A DNA stretch of 64,000 nucleotides, from positions 128,001-192,000 of the forward strand of contig CAXXVK010000010.1 in assembly GCA_963676915.2 (NCBI GenBank). The letters are read 5' to 3'. This stretch comes from Myxococcota bacterium (GTDB lineage Bacteria > Myxococcota_A > SURF-8 > G963663525). Below the pieces are notes generated by a model. That model saw nothing but the letters and a program-made list of their open reading frames with translations. It did no database searches and had not been told where the DNA came from. This document shows positions 50,811 through 59,658 of the stretch, piece after piece (the first letter of the stretch is position 1; each line of letters starts with the position of its first letter). The translations under genes were made by a program, and so were the position numbers.

Positions 50811-51677
50811 ATGCCCGCCAAGAAAAAAACGGAAACGAAACCTCGAAAAGCCACGAAAACCCAGGCAAAAGAAGCGAAAAAAACGACGGTAAAATCGAAA
50901 ACCAAGGCGTCGAAAAAGGCGAAAACATCGAAACCTGCCAAAGAAGCCAAAGAAAAGAAAAAAGCCGAAACGACCGAAGTAGTGAAAAAGACTGCGAAAA
51001 AGGCTACGAAAAAGAAAGCGACCCCGAAGGTGGAAAAAAAGGCGGCACCCAAGAAGACATCTACAAAGAAAGCAACAACCACCGCTAAAAAGAAACCGGC
51101 GACGAAAAAGAGTACGGCGAAGTCTGCACCGAAGAAAACGACCAAGGCGGCCACGAAAAAGAAAAAAGCGGCTCCCGAGACGGACAGCTATGTTACCGAA
51201 TCCGGTTTGAAGCAGAAAAGCAAAGCGCCGCTGTTTACGCTTCCCGCCTCTACCGGGATGAAAATAAGCCTCAAGGAGATCAAAGGCGAGCGCGTGGTGG
51301 TATTGTTTTTCTATCCCAAAGACGACACCCCCGGCTCCGCGTTGCAAGCCAAGGATTTTCAGAAATTCAAAGACGAATTCGCCACCAACGGAGCGATTTT
51401 GTGCGGAATCAGCGGCGACACGATGGAGAGCCACGAGGAATTCGCCGAGCAAAACGGTCTGACCTTCCCGCTTTTGGTGGACAAAGATTTCAGGGTGGCG
51501 AAAAAATACGGAATCTACGGTGAAAAAACGCTGTTCGGACAAAGCTTTTTCGGTATTACCCGCACCACCTTCGTGATTGGTAAAAATGGACGAATTCTGA
51601 AGATTTTCCCCAATGTCAAAATCAAGGGACATGTTGCGAAAGTCGTGGAATACATTAAGGATTTAAATTCCAAATGA
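50811..51677 (+). CDS. BCP/PrxQ-like protein with N-terminal Lys/Ala/Thr-rich histone-H1-like extension; peroxidatic Cys replaced by Ser
   Basis: ~120-aa K/A/T-rich tract, then APLFTL, FFYPKDDTPGS, GISGD, RTTFVI. Confidence 0.88.
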   Translation: MPAKKKTETKPRKATKTQAKEAKKTTVKSKTKASKKAKTSKPAKEAKEKKKAETTEVVKKTAKKATKKKATPKVEKKAAPKKTSTKKATTTAKKKPATKKSTAKSAPKKTTKAATKKKKAAPETDSYVTESGLKQKSKAPLFTLPASTGMKISLKEIKGERVVVLFFYPKDDTPGSALQAKDFQKFKDEFATNGAILCGISGDTMESHEEFAEQNGLTFPLLVDKDFRVAKKYGIYGEKTLFGQSFFGITRTTFVIGKNGRILKIFPNVKIKGHVAKVVEYIKDLNSK

Positions 51678-52414
51678 CCCATAATGCCGCCGGAAACTAC
51701 CCCGGACCGCTGTTGATCGTCGGATCGGGAAAAAACATCGGGTTTCATCTGGCGCGGCGGCTTTTGGATCGAGGCGCAACGCTATACCTTACCTATCGTA
51801 GTGATGCCCAGGCCGTGGACGATCTGCGGGCGCAGTATCCCGAACAAGTCCTCGAAACCTTTGTTTTCGATGGCAGCGACTCATCGAGTATTTCCGAAAT
51901 GTTTCGGGCGATTCGAGAGCGAGAAGAAGGTTTGTATGGTGTTATCGACACCGTAGGACCGTTTACGAGAAAACCGCTCGAACAGACCGACCCCGATGTC
52001 TTCGGCGATCTGGTGCAAGGCAATCTGGTACAGGCTTATCATGTGGCACATCACGCTTATCCGCTGCTGAAGAAGCGCGGGGGCGGGCGGCTTGTGTTTT
52101 TTACCTTCGCCGGTGTCGAAAAACTGGCCGCCTACAGCCGTATCGGAGCCTATGCCGCTGCGAAAACCGCGTTGCTCGCCCTTGTACGCTCCATGGCGGT
52201 GGAATGGGCGGACGATGGCGTCAGCGTCAACACCCTCGCACCGGGACTGATTCGTGGAACGGATGAAGATCAGTTTCCCGCCTCCATGAGGGATCGGAAC
52301 GACCGCAAAACCGGACTGGCCGACATCGCCCGAGCCGTGGAGTTTTTACTTGACCCGGAAAACCGCAAAGTTACGGGGGTGAATCTCACCGTATCCGGCG
52401 GTTTTGGCTGGTGA
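51674..52414 (+). CDS. Short-chain dehydrogenase/reductase
   Basis: GSGKNIG, YAAAK, VNTLAPG, VTG..L.VSGG. Confidence 0.9.
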   Translation: MTHNAAGNYPGPLLIVGSGKNIGFHLARRLLDRGATLYLTYRSDAQAVDDLRAQYPEQVLETFVFDGSDSSSISEMFRAIREREEGLYGVIDTVGPFTRKPLEQTDPDVFGDLVQGNLVQAYHVAHHAYPLLKKRGGGRLVFFTFAGVEKLAAYSRIGAYAAAKTALLALVRSMAVEWADDGVSVNTLAPGLIRGTDEDQFPASMRDRNDRKTGLADIARAVEFLLDPENRKVTGVNLTVSGGFGW

Positions 52415-52609
52415 TTTAAAAAAGGGTTACATAGACAATCCAGAATGATCGAGAAAAATTGGCCTGACCTTGTGACTTACTGTGTTCCAAATGCGAATTT
52501 CGGATTGTTGTTGGACAGGTGTATGTACCTGCTGTAAACAACGATTTCACCTACTCTTCCAAATTCCCCAGGATGTTTCAATTCTTGAACGATTTGCCCT
52601 GTTCGGGGG

Positions 52610-52701
52610 GGGTGGCACGGTCTTTCACCGTAGGTGAATGGCCGTGAAAACACAAACCATCCGGGCCATCGATCCGTTGCGGATCGAAGACCCGGCCACC
52701 C
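52610..52701. repeat. Inverted doublet of GGGTGG-type REP-like hairpins
   Basis: Same architecture as 2849-2943 with compensatory stem changes. Confidence 0.75.
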
Positions 52702-52915
52702 ATTCCTAGATTTACCGAGTTCGATTTGTGCAGGATCAAGAATTGAATCACTCTTTCAAATTCTCGCCCAAGATTGACCCTTTGGGGAAAATCCTGTAGC
52801 TTTTGAGTCGAACATGTGCAAGATTCCGTAAAAAACACCCGGCGTTTCAATCATTGGAAGTGATCTGCACGATAGGAGACGCCGAAACATTCTCATCTTG
52901 GATCGAAGGAATGCC

Positions 52916-54862
52916 ATGAATTTGTATCGACAAGGCTTATTTACCATTTGTTTTTTGATGTTGTGCTGGAGTAGTTTTGCTTGCTCGGACGATTCCGGTT
53001 CTTCTGTTGTCAATGATGGGGACACTGATAGCGATTTCACAGAAAACGAATCGTCGGAAGACGAAACACTCGATTGCGCTCCGTACGTCGAGCCTCAATA
53101 CGAGATCGACACCGAACAGAAGAAATTCGCCGTCAACCTGCTGCACTTCAATCTGCAATATGTGGCCGGAGGACTGGAAGGCTACGACGATACCCAGCCG
53201 GATGTTTTCAATCTCGACGAGAAGGCAACCGAAGATCTGATTATTCGCGAAAGCTTCGTTCCCGTCGTCGATTTCTACGACGAACACCCCGACTGGCACG
53301 TTACCCTCGAATTGCAGGGGTACATGGTCGAAGTTCTGCGCGACCGTTTCCCGGATACGTTGGTTAAGCTGAGGAAACTCGTGGAAGAGGGACGGGCCGA
53401 AGTCGTAAGCTGGCATTATTCCGACCAGCTTTTCCTCGCCTATCCGAAACGCGCCATGGAGTGGTCCATTGCCCGTAACAACAAAGCTCTGCGGGAATCC
53501 TGCCTGCCCCGGCACGGCTCGGTATTCACTCAGGAAGGCCAGTTCGGTGAGGGCATGGTGCCGTTGATGAAGGAAAACGACTACCGTACCGGTCTATATG
53601 CCATGAATCTGCTTTCGTTTTTCACGGAGCCTTTCGATGGCAAGCCGTGGTTCGACCTGAACGGCATCGATATCGTGATCTGTGAAAAAGAAGTGCACGA
53701 CACGGACACGGGCATCGATCTGGTGTGGACGTTTTTCGACGATGGCGAACTGCTGGCCACCGGGATGCTCAACCCCTACATGTTGCCGTATTTCCAGTAC
53801 AATCCCGATGCGATGGACACGTATGCAAACGAACTTACCGACCTGGAAAACGAAGGCTACAAGCACGTCACGATTTCCGAGTACGTCGCGCATCTCGAAG
53901 CTCAGAACATCGCCAAACCCGCTCTGCCCACCGTGCTGGACGGTACCTGGCACCCCAAGAAAACGGATGACTTTTTCCTGTGGATGGGAGGCAAAGAAGG
54001 CGCGGGAGACGAGGAGGACAACAATGTGCTGACCTCCAACGTCCAAGCCTATCATAAGGTAATGGCCGCCGAAACCGCACTGGCGGCGTATCCCGACGAC
54101 AGCCTTCAAGCGGACATGAACGAAGCGATCGACGAATTGCTGTTCGCCCACTGCTCCGATTCGACGGGATGGCGTCCCTGGCGCAAAGAAGTCGATTACA
54201 GCCTCACTCATGCCGAAGCGGCGAAAGAAGCCGCAGGGCGAGTGCTCGAAGGTATACGCGACGCCCAGGGATGGGATCACATCCGGGTGGACAACAACAC
54301 GGCGGAAGTCAGCGGAGACATGATTCTACCCGAGCAGCCCGACACCACTGACCCTCTGTTCGAAATCGTCACCGAAAGCGAACGAGAGATGGAGGTAACC
54401 TGGTACAAGATCGGCGACGCGATTCGTGAAGTTCGTGTGGAAATCTCCGCCGTGGATGCCCCGACTAGCGACGAGACCGACCGTGTCTCGGCGATGCTTA
54501 CGATGCCGTATTCGGCAGACGACATCATCTATTCGCCCGGTCTGATCGATGATGAAACGGTGCATTATGCACGAACGGATTTCTGGTTCGAAGGCTATGG
54601 ATACACCCATTTGCCGTTGCATAACGGTTTGCTGGGATTGGGTGGGGATCGCTGGTTGATTCTCGATACCTCGGTCTGCCACCTTGCGCCGAGAATTCCG
54701 AACAAGGACGACACCGTAGCGCCGGACAGCATTCGGATCATGGATAATTCGTTGCGCTACGACCGAAACAGTTCCTGGTCCTTCTATATTTTGACGGGTA
54801 CCGAGCAGGAAGCCATCGATTTCGCCGTGCAGACCAATGTGAAACGCACCTGGCAGGAATAA
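52916..54862 (+). CDS. GH57-like glycoside hydrolase lipoprotein
   Basis: SFAC lipobox, acidic linker, HFNLQY, TQEG (nucleophile region), DDGE (acid/base region), AHCSD. Confidence 0.72.
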   Translation: MNLYRQGLFTICFLMLCWSSFACSDDSGSSVVNDGDTDSDFTENESSEDETLDCAPYVEPQYEIDTEQKKFAVNLLHFNLQYVAGGLEGYDDTQPDVFNLDEKATEDLIIRESFVPVVDFYDEHPDWHVTLELQGYMVEVLRDRFPDTLVKLRKLVEEGRAEVVSWHYSDQLFLAYPKRAMEWSIARNNKALRESCLPRHGSVFTQEGQFGEGMVPLMKENDYRTGLYAMNLLSFFTEPFDGKPWFDLNGIDIVICEKEVHDTDTGIDLVWTFFDDGELLATGMLNPYMLPYFQYNPDAMDTYANELTDLENEGYKHVTISEYVAHLEAQNIAKPALPTVLDGTWHPKKTDDFFLWMGGKEGAGDEEDNNVLTSNVQAYHKVMAAETALAAYPDDSLQADMNEAIDELLFAHCSDSTGWRPWRKEVDYSLTHAEAAKEAAGRVLEGIRDAQGWDHIRVDNNTAEVSGDMILPEQPDTTDPLFEIVTESEREMEVTWYKIGDAIREVRVEISAVDAPTSDETDRVSAMLTMPYSADDIIYSPGLIDDETVHYARTDFWFEGYGYTHLPLHNGLLGLGGDRWLILDTSVCHLAPRIPNKDDTVAPDSIRIMDNSLRYDRNSSWSFYILTGTEQEAIDFAVQTNVKRTWQE

Positions 54863-54900
54863 ACGCGAACCGGGGGACGGTTCGGGAAAGGCGGGGGAGC

Positions 54901-55749
54901 ATGAAGACCATGAAATTCGTAGTTTTTTTCGGAATGCTGGTCTTGGGACTTGCTGTGGTGGGCTGCGATTTCTACCCGAAAGAAACCAAACGCGGAAAAC
55001 CTCTGCGACTTCTGAAAGATTCTCCCGAGAAAACCTCCGTCGATGAAAAAGCCAAGGCGGCCATTTTGAAAAAACGTGAAGAACAGCAAAAAGGTCAAAA
55101 CGTGGCGGGAATCGAAATGGATTGCACGGTACAGGATACTCAGCGACCCATTCGGCTGCTCAACCGGTCTTTCAAGGGGTTTGCTTTGATGGCATCCTGC
55201 GACGGTTCCGAAGACGGAAAAACCTCGACGAAAAGAATTTACGTACTGGAAGACGAGTTCGAGGATCTGTATTCCATCGGCAAAGGCACGAGAATTACGG
55301 TTACCCAGGAAATGCAAGCCGGAGAACGTTATTTCCGATATACCGGGATTACCTCCGGGGCGGTCCAGCAACGTATGCTTCCCGGCGGCGTGGATGACTT
55401 CAATGAAGTGATGCTCGGTATGCCCGGAGGCGAAGGGTCGGAATACACCTGTTTGGCGTCCGATCGCATGAAGAAAATGAGTATCGGAAAAGACCGGATG
55501 CTTCGAACCCATGTGGGCGACGATGTACACGACACCTATTGGTACGTGGAATGCGCGGGAAGAACCTGGCCGGCGGAAGGTGTGCTCGTGTTCTATAGCT
55601 CTTCAGAAGAGGTTGTGGCCACCCAAGCCCAACCGCTCCTTTGTTATCGAAATTACCGGATATTACGGAACCGAATCCTATCTTACGGGTCGGGCTGTCT
55701 TGTAAACAACAACGTACGGCATTTTGGGAAAGTGTGGACCGTACCTTGA
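54901..55749 (+). CDS. Hypothetical lipoprotein
   Basis: LAVVGC lipobox, GGAG RBS. Confidence 0.7.
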   Translation: MKTMKFVVFFGMLVLGLAVVGCDFYPKETKRGKPLRLLKDSPEKTSVDEKAKAAILKKREEQQKGQNVAGIEMDCTVQDTQRPIRLLNRSFKGFALMASCDGSEDGKTSTKRIYVLEDEFEDLYSIGKGTRITVTQEMQAGERYFRYTGITSGAVQQRMLPGGVDDFNEVMLGMPGGEGSEYTCLASDRMKKMSIGKDRMLRTHVGDDVHDTYWYVECAGRTWPAEGVLVFYSSSEEVVATQAQPLLCYRNYRILRNRILSYGSGCLVNNNVRHFGKVWTVP

Positions 55750-55799
55750 GATAGGTGATTGGTAAGCAATCTTCAAACGAAAGAGGATAGTCACTGACG

Positions 55800-56894
55800 A
55801 TGCGGTCCGAATCCCTGCCCGAACATTCCGGGGTTTCACGAAATGCCCGTTTCGATAACCTGAAACTGATACTGATCGTTCTCGTGGTTCTCGGTCATGC
55901 TCTCGAACTGGCCTGGGGCGGGCGTCCCTTGTTGCGTGCTGTCTGGCAGTGGATCTATCTGTTTCATATGCCGCTTTTCGCCTTTGTTTCCGGCTACTTC
56001 ACGCGGGGTGATCTCGATTCGAAACGCATGTTTTCTGCGTTTTGTCGTTTGATCGTGCCGTATTTCCTCTTCATGATTTTGTATCGTTTGTTTTTGTATT
56101 TCATGCAAAACGGCAACGTTTTAACGTTGAATTTGTTTCATTCGTACGACTTGATGTGGTTTTTACCGGCTCTGTTTTTCTGGCGGATGTCCGTGCCGAT
56201 CTTCATGAAGGTGCGTTATCCCTTCTTGCTTGCAGTGGCTTTGGGGCTGTTGATCGGCTTCAATCCGTTCATTTCCGGCACTATGGGTTGGACGCAAACC
56301 TTTGCTTTTTCACCCTTTTTCGTGCTGGGACTTCTTGCACAAAACAAAAATCTTCAACCGCTGTTCGATCGCAGATCCCGGATACTTTCCGCCATTGTGT
56401 TGGTGACTCTGTTTGGCTTGTTGCTGGCCTACGGTTCCGAATTCGACACAAAATGGCTCCGTCACGCAATGTATAAAGATATCGGTCGTCACGACTGGTG
56501 GGCTGCTTTGAATCGGCTCGCGGTCTATGGCGGTTCTTTGATATCCGGCATTGCGTTTCTATCGCTTGTCCCAGGACGGGAAATGAAATGGAGCGCTCTG
56601 GGAAAAGTTACGATCTTCCCCTATCTTTTGCACTATTTCGTGCTGAAAACGATTTATTTCACCGGTTGGCACAAAGCCATACCTTCCGAAATGCCGCAAA
56701 TCGGCTGGGTACTGTCGTTCTTGTTTTTATCGGTGCTTTTGGTGTTGCTTTTCAGCCATCGGTGGACGGTCCGCCTGCTGGAACCTGTCGTGCAGCCATC
56801 TCCCGACTTTATTCGGCGCTATGGAGTATTTTTACTCCTCGCCGGGTGGGCGGCGCTCGTAGCCTTCAACGGTATTGCTGCTGCCTTTCGTTAA
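55800..56894 (+). CDS. Acyltransferase-3 family membrane O-acyltransferase
   Basis: RFDNLK...LVVLGH, IYLFHMPLFAFVSGYF, WFL, YLLH. Confidence 0.92.
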   Translation: MRSESLPEHSGVSRNARFDNLKLILIVLVVLGHALELAWGGRPLLRAVWQWIYLFHMPLFAFVSGYFTRGDLDSKRMFSAFCRLIVPYFLFMILYRLFLYFMQNGNVLTLNLFHSYDLMWFLPALFFWRMSVPIFMKVRYPFLLAVALGLLIGFNPFISGTMGWTQTFAFSPFFVLGLLAQNKNLQPLFDRRSRILSAIVLVTLFGLLLAYGSEFDTKWLRHAMYKDIGRHDWWAALNRLAVYGGSLISGIAFLSLVPGREMKWSALGKVTIFPYLLHYFVLKTIYFTGWHKAIPSEMPQIGWVLSFLFLSVLLVLLFSHRWTVRLLEPVVQPSPDFIRRYGVFLLLAGWAALVAFNGIAAAFR

Positions 56895-56948
56895 CCCACA
56901 TCGTCGCAAGATAAAGAAAACCGAAGATATTTCAAGAGGTTGGGGTGA

Positions 56949-59276
56949 CTACAACTGGCCGCCACGGGCCAGCCGTTGCCAGTTCGAAGCTTCCAGGTGG
57001 CGCAGTTTCCAGTTGGAAAAATCGAGGGAGAGTTCCCGCACCTTTTCCGGCAGACGATCGCGGAGGTTGCGCTTTTCACCCGGATCGACCCGCAGGTTGT
57101 AGAGTTCGAACAGGTTTTCATCGGTACGGTAGATCAGTTTCCAAGGCCAGTCCTGGTAGCTTTGCAAGGTATAGGAGAACGAGGGAGAGAAGATTTTTTC
57201 GCAGAAAATCGGGACGGGACGCGGGTCTTCGCCTCCGACGATGGATGCCGCAAGACTGCGTCCCTGATGTCGGGGATCGGCAGGCAATCCCACCAGATCG
57301 AAAACTGTCGGTGCGAGATCCACCAGCGATACGGGCGTTTTTACACGGCGGGGGGAAACACCGGGCATTCGTATCACCAACGGAACGTGAACCGATTCTT
57401 CGTAAATCGCCGAACCATGGTAATGGCCGCCGTGCTCTTCGAACTCTTCGCCATGATCGGCCGTCAACACCACGATGGTTTTCCGTGCCATCTCGGTTTT
57501 TTCGAAGGCTTCGAGGAATCGGGCGACTTCCTGGTCCGAAAAGCGGATTTCGTGGTCATACAGATCCATCTGGCTATCGCCGTAGCGCTTTACACCGGGA
57601 TGTTTGATGTAGAGGAAATGAGGATCGAAATAGTGTAAGTACATGAAAACGCCACGGGTTTTCGCCTCACTCTCCCAGTTGGGCAATTGGGCGATAGCTT
57701 TGTTGGTAATCAAATGACTTGTGGCGTTGGCTTCGGCGTGGCCGTTTTCACGAAATGCGGTGGTGTCCCAAAGGTCGGCGCCACGTTCGAGATTGCGGTG
57801 GTTGAAATACCAGTAAGAAAAAATGCCGTTGACCTGGTAGCCCAAATCACCTTTCAACCGCTCGTACATCGGCTGGGTGCGGTCGTCGATTTTGGGGAAG
57901 TTGTGGTAATTGCTCCAGTCGATTTGGGAAGGATACCGACCGGTCAGCAATGCCGGGATGGCTTGCGGCGTGTTCGGCGCTGTCGTATATGCCCGTTCGA
58001 ACACCACCGACTGCCTGGCCCATTGGTCCAGTTTCGGCGATACGTCACGAGGATAGCCGTACATCCCAAGGTGGTCGGCCCGGAGTGCATCGATGACGAT
58101 CAGCAGGATGTTGTATTCGTCCCGGAACATCTCGACGATACGCGAGGCACCGCCTTTTTCTTCTTCCGTTTCCTCCACTTGAGCAACAACGGGGGCAGCA
58201 TCGCCACCGAGACAGTCGTTATCGAGTCCGTCGCCGGGGATTTCCTGCGCCAGAGGGTTGATGGTCGGGTCGGAATCGTTGCAATCCGCCCCTCCCAATA
58301 CGGCGGAGAAACCATCGCCGTCGCGGTCGGTGACACGATGCAACAGAGCGAGCACCGGTTTGCCCAGTCCTGCATGATGGCGAACCATGCTTCCTGCATA
58401 GGAGAACCTGGGCCAGCTATCGATAAGCAGCATCCAGGCTCCGACGAGCAATGGTATCAGAAGCAGTCCCAGAATTTTCGCACCGATACGGAACCCTTGT
58501 GCAAACGGAACCAGCCCGGTGAGCAGGTACACCAGCATTTGGGTGGAGAAGAAAATACCCAGCAAAATGAACGGTGCCGGGTCGATCATGGTAAACAGGC
58601 TGCGGTTGATCCAGGCCAGCGTGACGATCGAAGTTCCCAACACGGCGGAAAGAAACAGGATTTGGATCTGTAAAAAGCGTCCCGGCAACCAGCGTTCGAA
58701 AATCGACCTACGTTGCGACCCAATGCCAGTAACAGCACCAGGAGCACCGGAGCCAGCACGGCAAGTCCCAAGGCTACCAGCGTAAAGACAAAAGCCGCCA
58801 GCGGTTTGTTGTTGTAGGCTGTACTGAAGTGAAGTTGAAGCAGAAACAGGCTGGGGACCGTCAGTGTCACCACCCCCGATTCCCGCAAAAAGATACGCCC
58901 CGAACCGCTGGTCTTCACCGGCCAGCCAGCGACTGATCTGGTACATCCAGTACACACGGCCGGAGAGGTCGAAACGTTTTTCCAGATACGACCACAACGA
59001 GCCGCCGATCAGTCCGTACAACAGAGCGGGAGGAGCGAGCAGACAAACAGCCGCGAGAAAGTACCAGGCCAACTCGTTCCAGCTATGGAAAAACGCCTCG
59101 TTGGATGGCAGGGCCATCAACGCCACTTCGGAGAAAATCGTCGTCGGCACGGCGATCAATGCACCCAGGAAAAAGCGCGTACCGATGACGCTTTCCGCCG
59201 TCTGCGTCACTCGTATCTCACGAGAACGGGCGGTTTCTCTTGTATCGGCAGCCTGTTCCGTTTTCGTCTCGCTCAT
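56949..59276 (-). CDS. Membrane-anchored sulfatase/alkaline-phosphatase superfamily protein with a Cys/Asp-rich metal-binding motif; probable compensating frameshifts at ~58875 and ~58700
   Basis: IDALRADHL, TAPNT, HYFDPH, TADHGE, HG; DRDGDG...DCNDSDP..NP...DG.DNDC. Confidence 0.85.
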   Translation of the reverse strand: MSETKTEQAADTRETARSREIRVTQTAESVIGTRFFLGALIAVPTTIFSEVALMALPSNEAFFHSWNELAWYFLAAVCLLAPPALLYGLIGGSLWSYLEKRFDLSGRVYWMYQISRWLAGEDQRFGAYLFAGIGGGDTDGPQPVSASTSLQYSLQQQTAGGFCLYAGSLGTCRAGSGAPGAVTGIGSQRRSIFERWLPGRFLQIQILFLSAVLGTSIVTLAWINRSLFTMIDPAPFILLGIFFSTQMLVYLLTGLVPFAQGFRIGAKILGLLLIPLLVGAWMLLIDSWPRFSYAGSMVRHHAGLGKPVLALLHRVTDRDGDGFSAVLGGADCNDSDPTINPLAQEIPGDGLDNDCLGGDAAPVVAQVEETEEEKGGASRIVEMFRDEYNILLIVIDALRADHLGMYGYPRDVSPKLDQWARQSVVFERAYTTAPNTPQAIPALLTGRYPSQIDWSNYHNFPKIDDRTQPMYERLKGDLGYQVNGIFSYWYFNHRNLERGADLWDTTAFRENGHAEANATSHLITNKAIAQLPNWESEAKTRGVFMYLHYFDPHFLYIKHPGVKRYGDSQMDLYDHEIRFSDQEVARFLEAFEKTEMARKTIVVLTADHGEEFEEHGGHYHGSAIYEESVHVPLVIRMPGVSPRRVKTPVSLVDLAPTVFDLVGLPADPRHQGRSLAASIVGGEDPRPVPIFCEKIFSPSFSYTLQSYQDWPWKLIYRTDENLFELYNLRVDPGEKRNLRDRLPEKVRELSLDFSNWKLRHLEASNWQRLARGGQL

Positions 59277-59658
59277 GCTTCTATTCTATAAACTTGCTGG
59301 AATTTCGGCAAGTTGCCGCACGAATATCCGTACTGCGTTTCGGTACAAAACCTGACCGCCCCGCACTCGGATAAATATATTTAGTATCTTACCTCAAGAC
59401 GTTCTTTTTGGCTAGGAAAAGACGGAAAAAGAGCGTCCAATATAAAATGGTAAAAGAAACCGTTCGAGGAATTTCATTCGAACGGCGGTTTTTCCTGCAA
59501 AAACAATCAAGCTCCAAAGAGAATGAAAATGAGTAAATTCTCGGAGAAACGTTCGATTTGTCGTAAGATTTGGCGATGATGTGACCGAATGCGTATCTTT
59601 TTGCATAGAAAACCTGTAACGTTTCGTACCATGAAACGGTGTAGTGCGTGACGTTTTG

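Noticed and set aside
51336-51338. Selenocysteine at the peroxiredoxin active site
   Set aside because: The codon is TCC, not TGA
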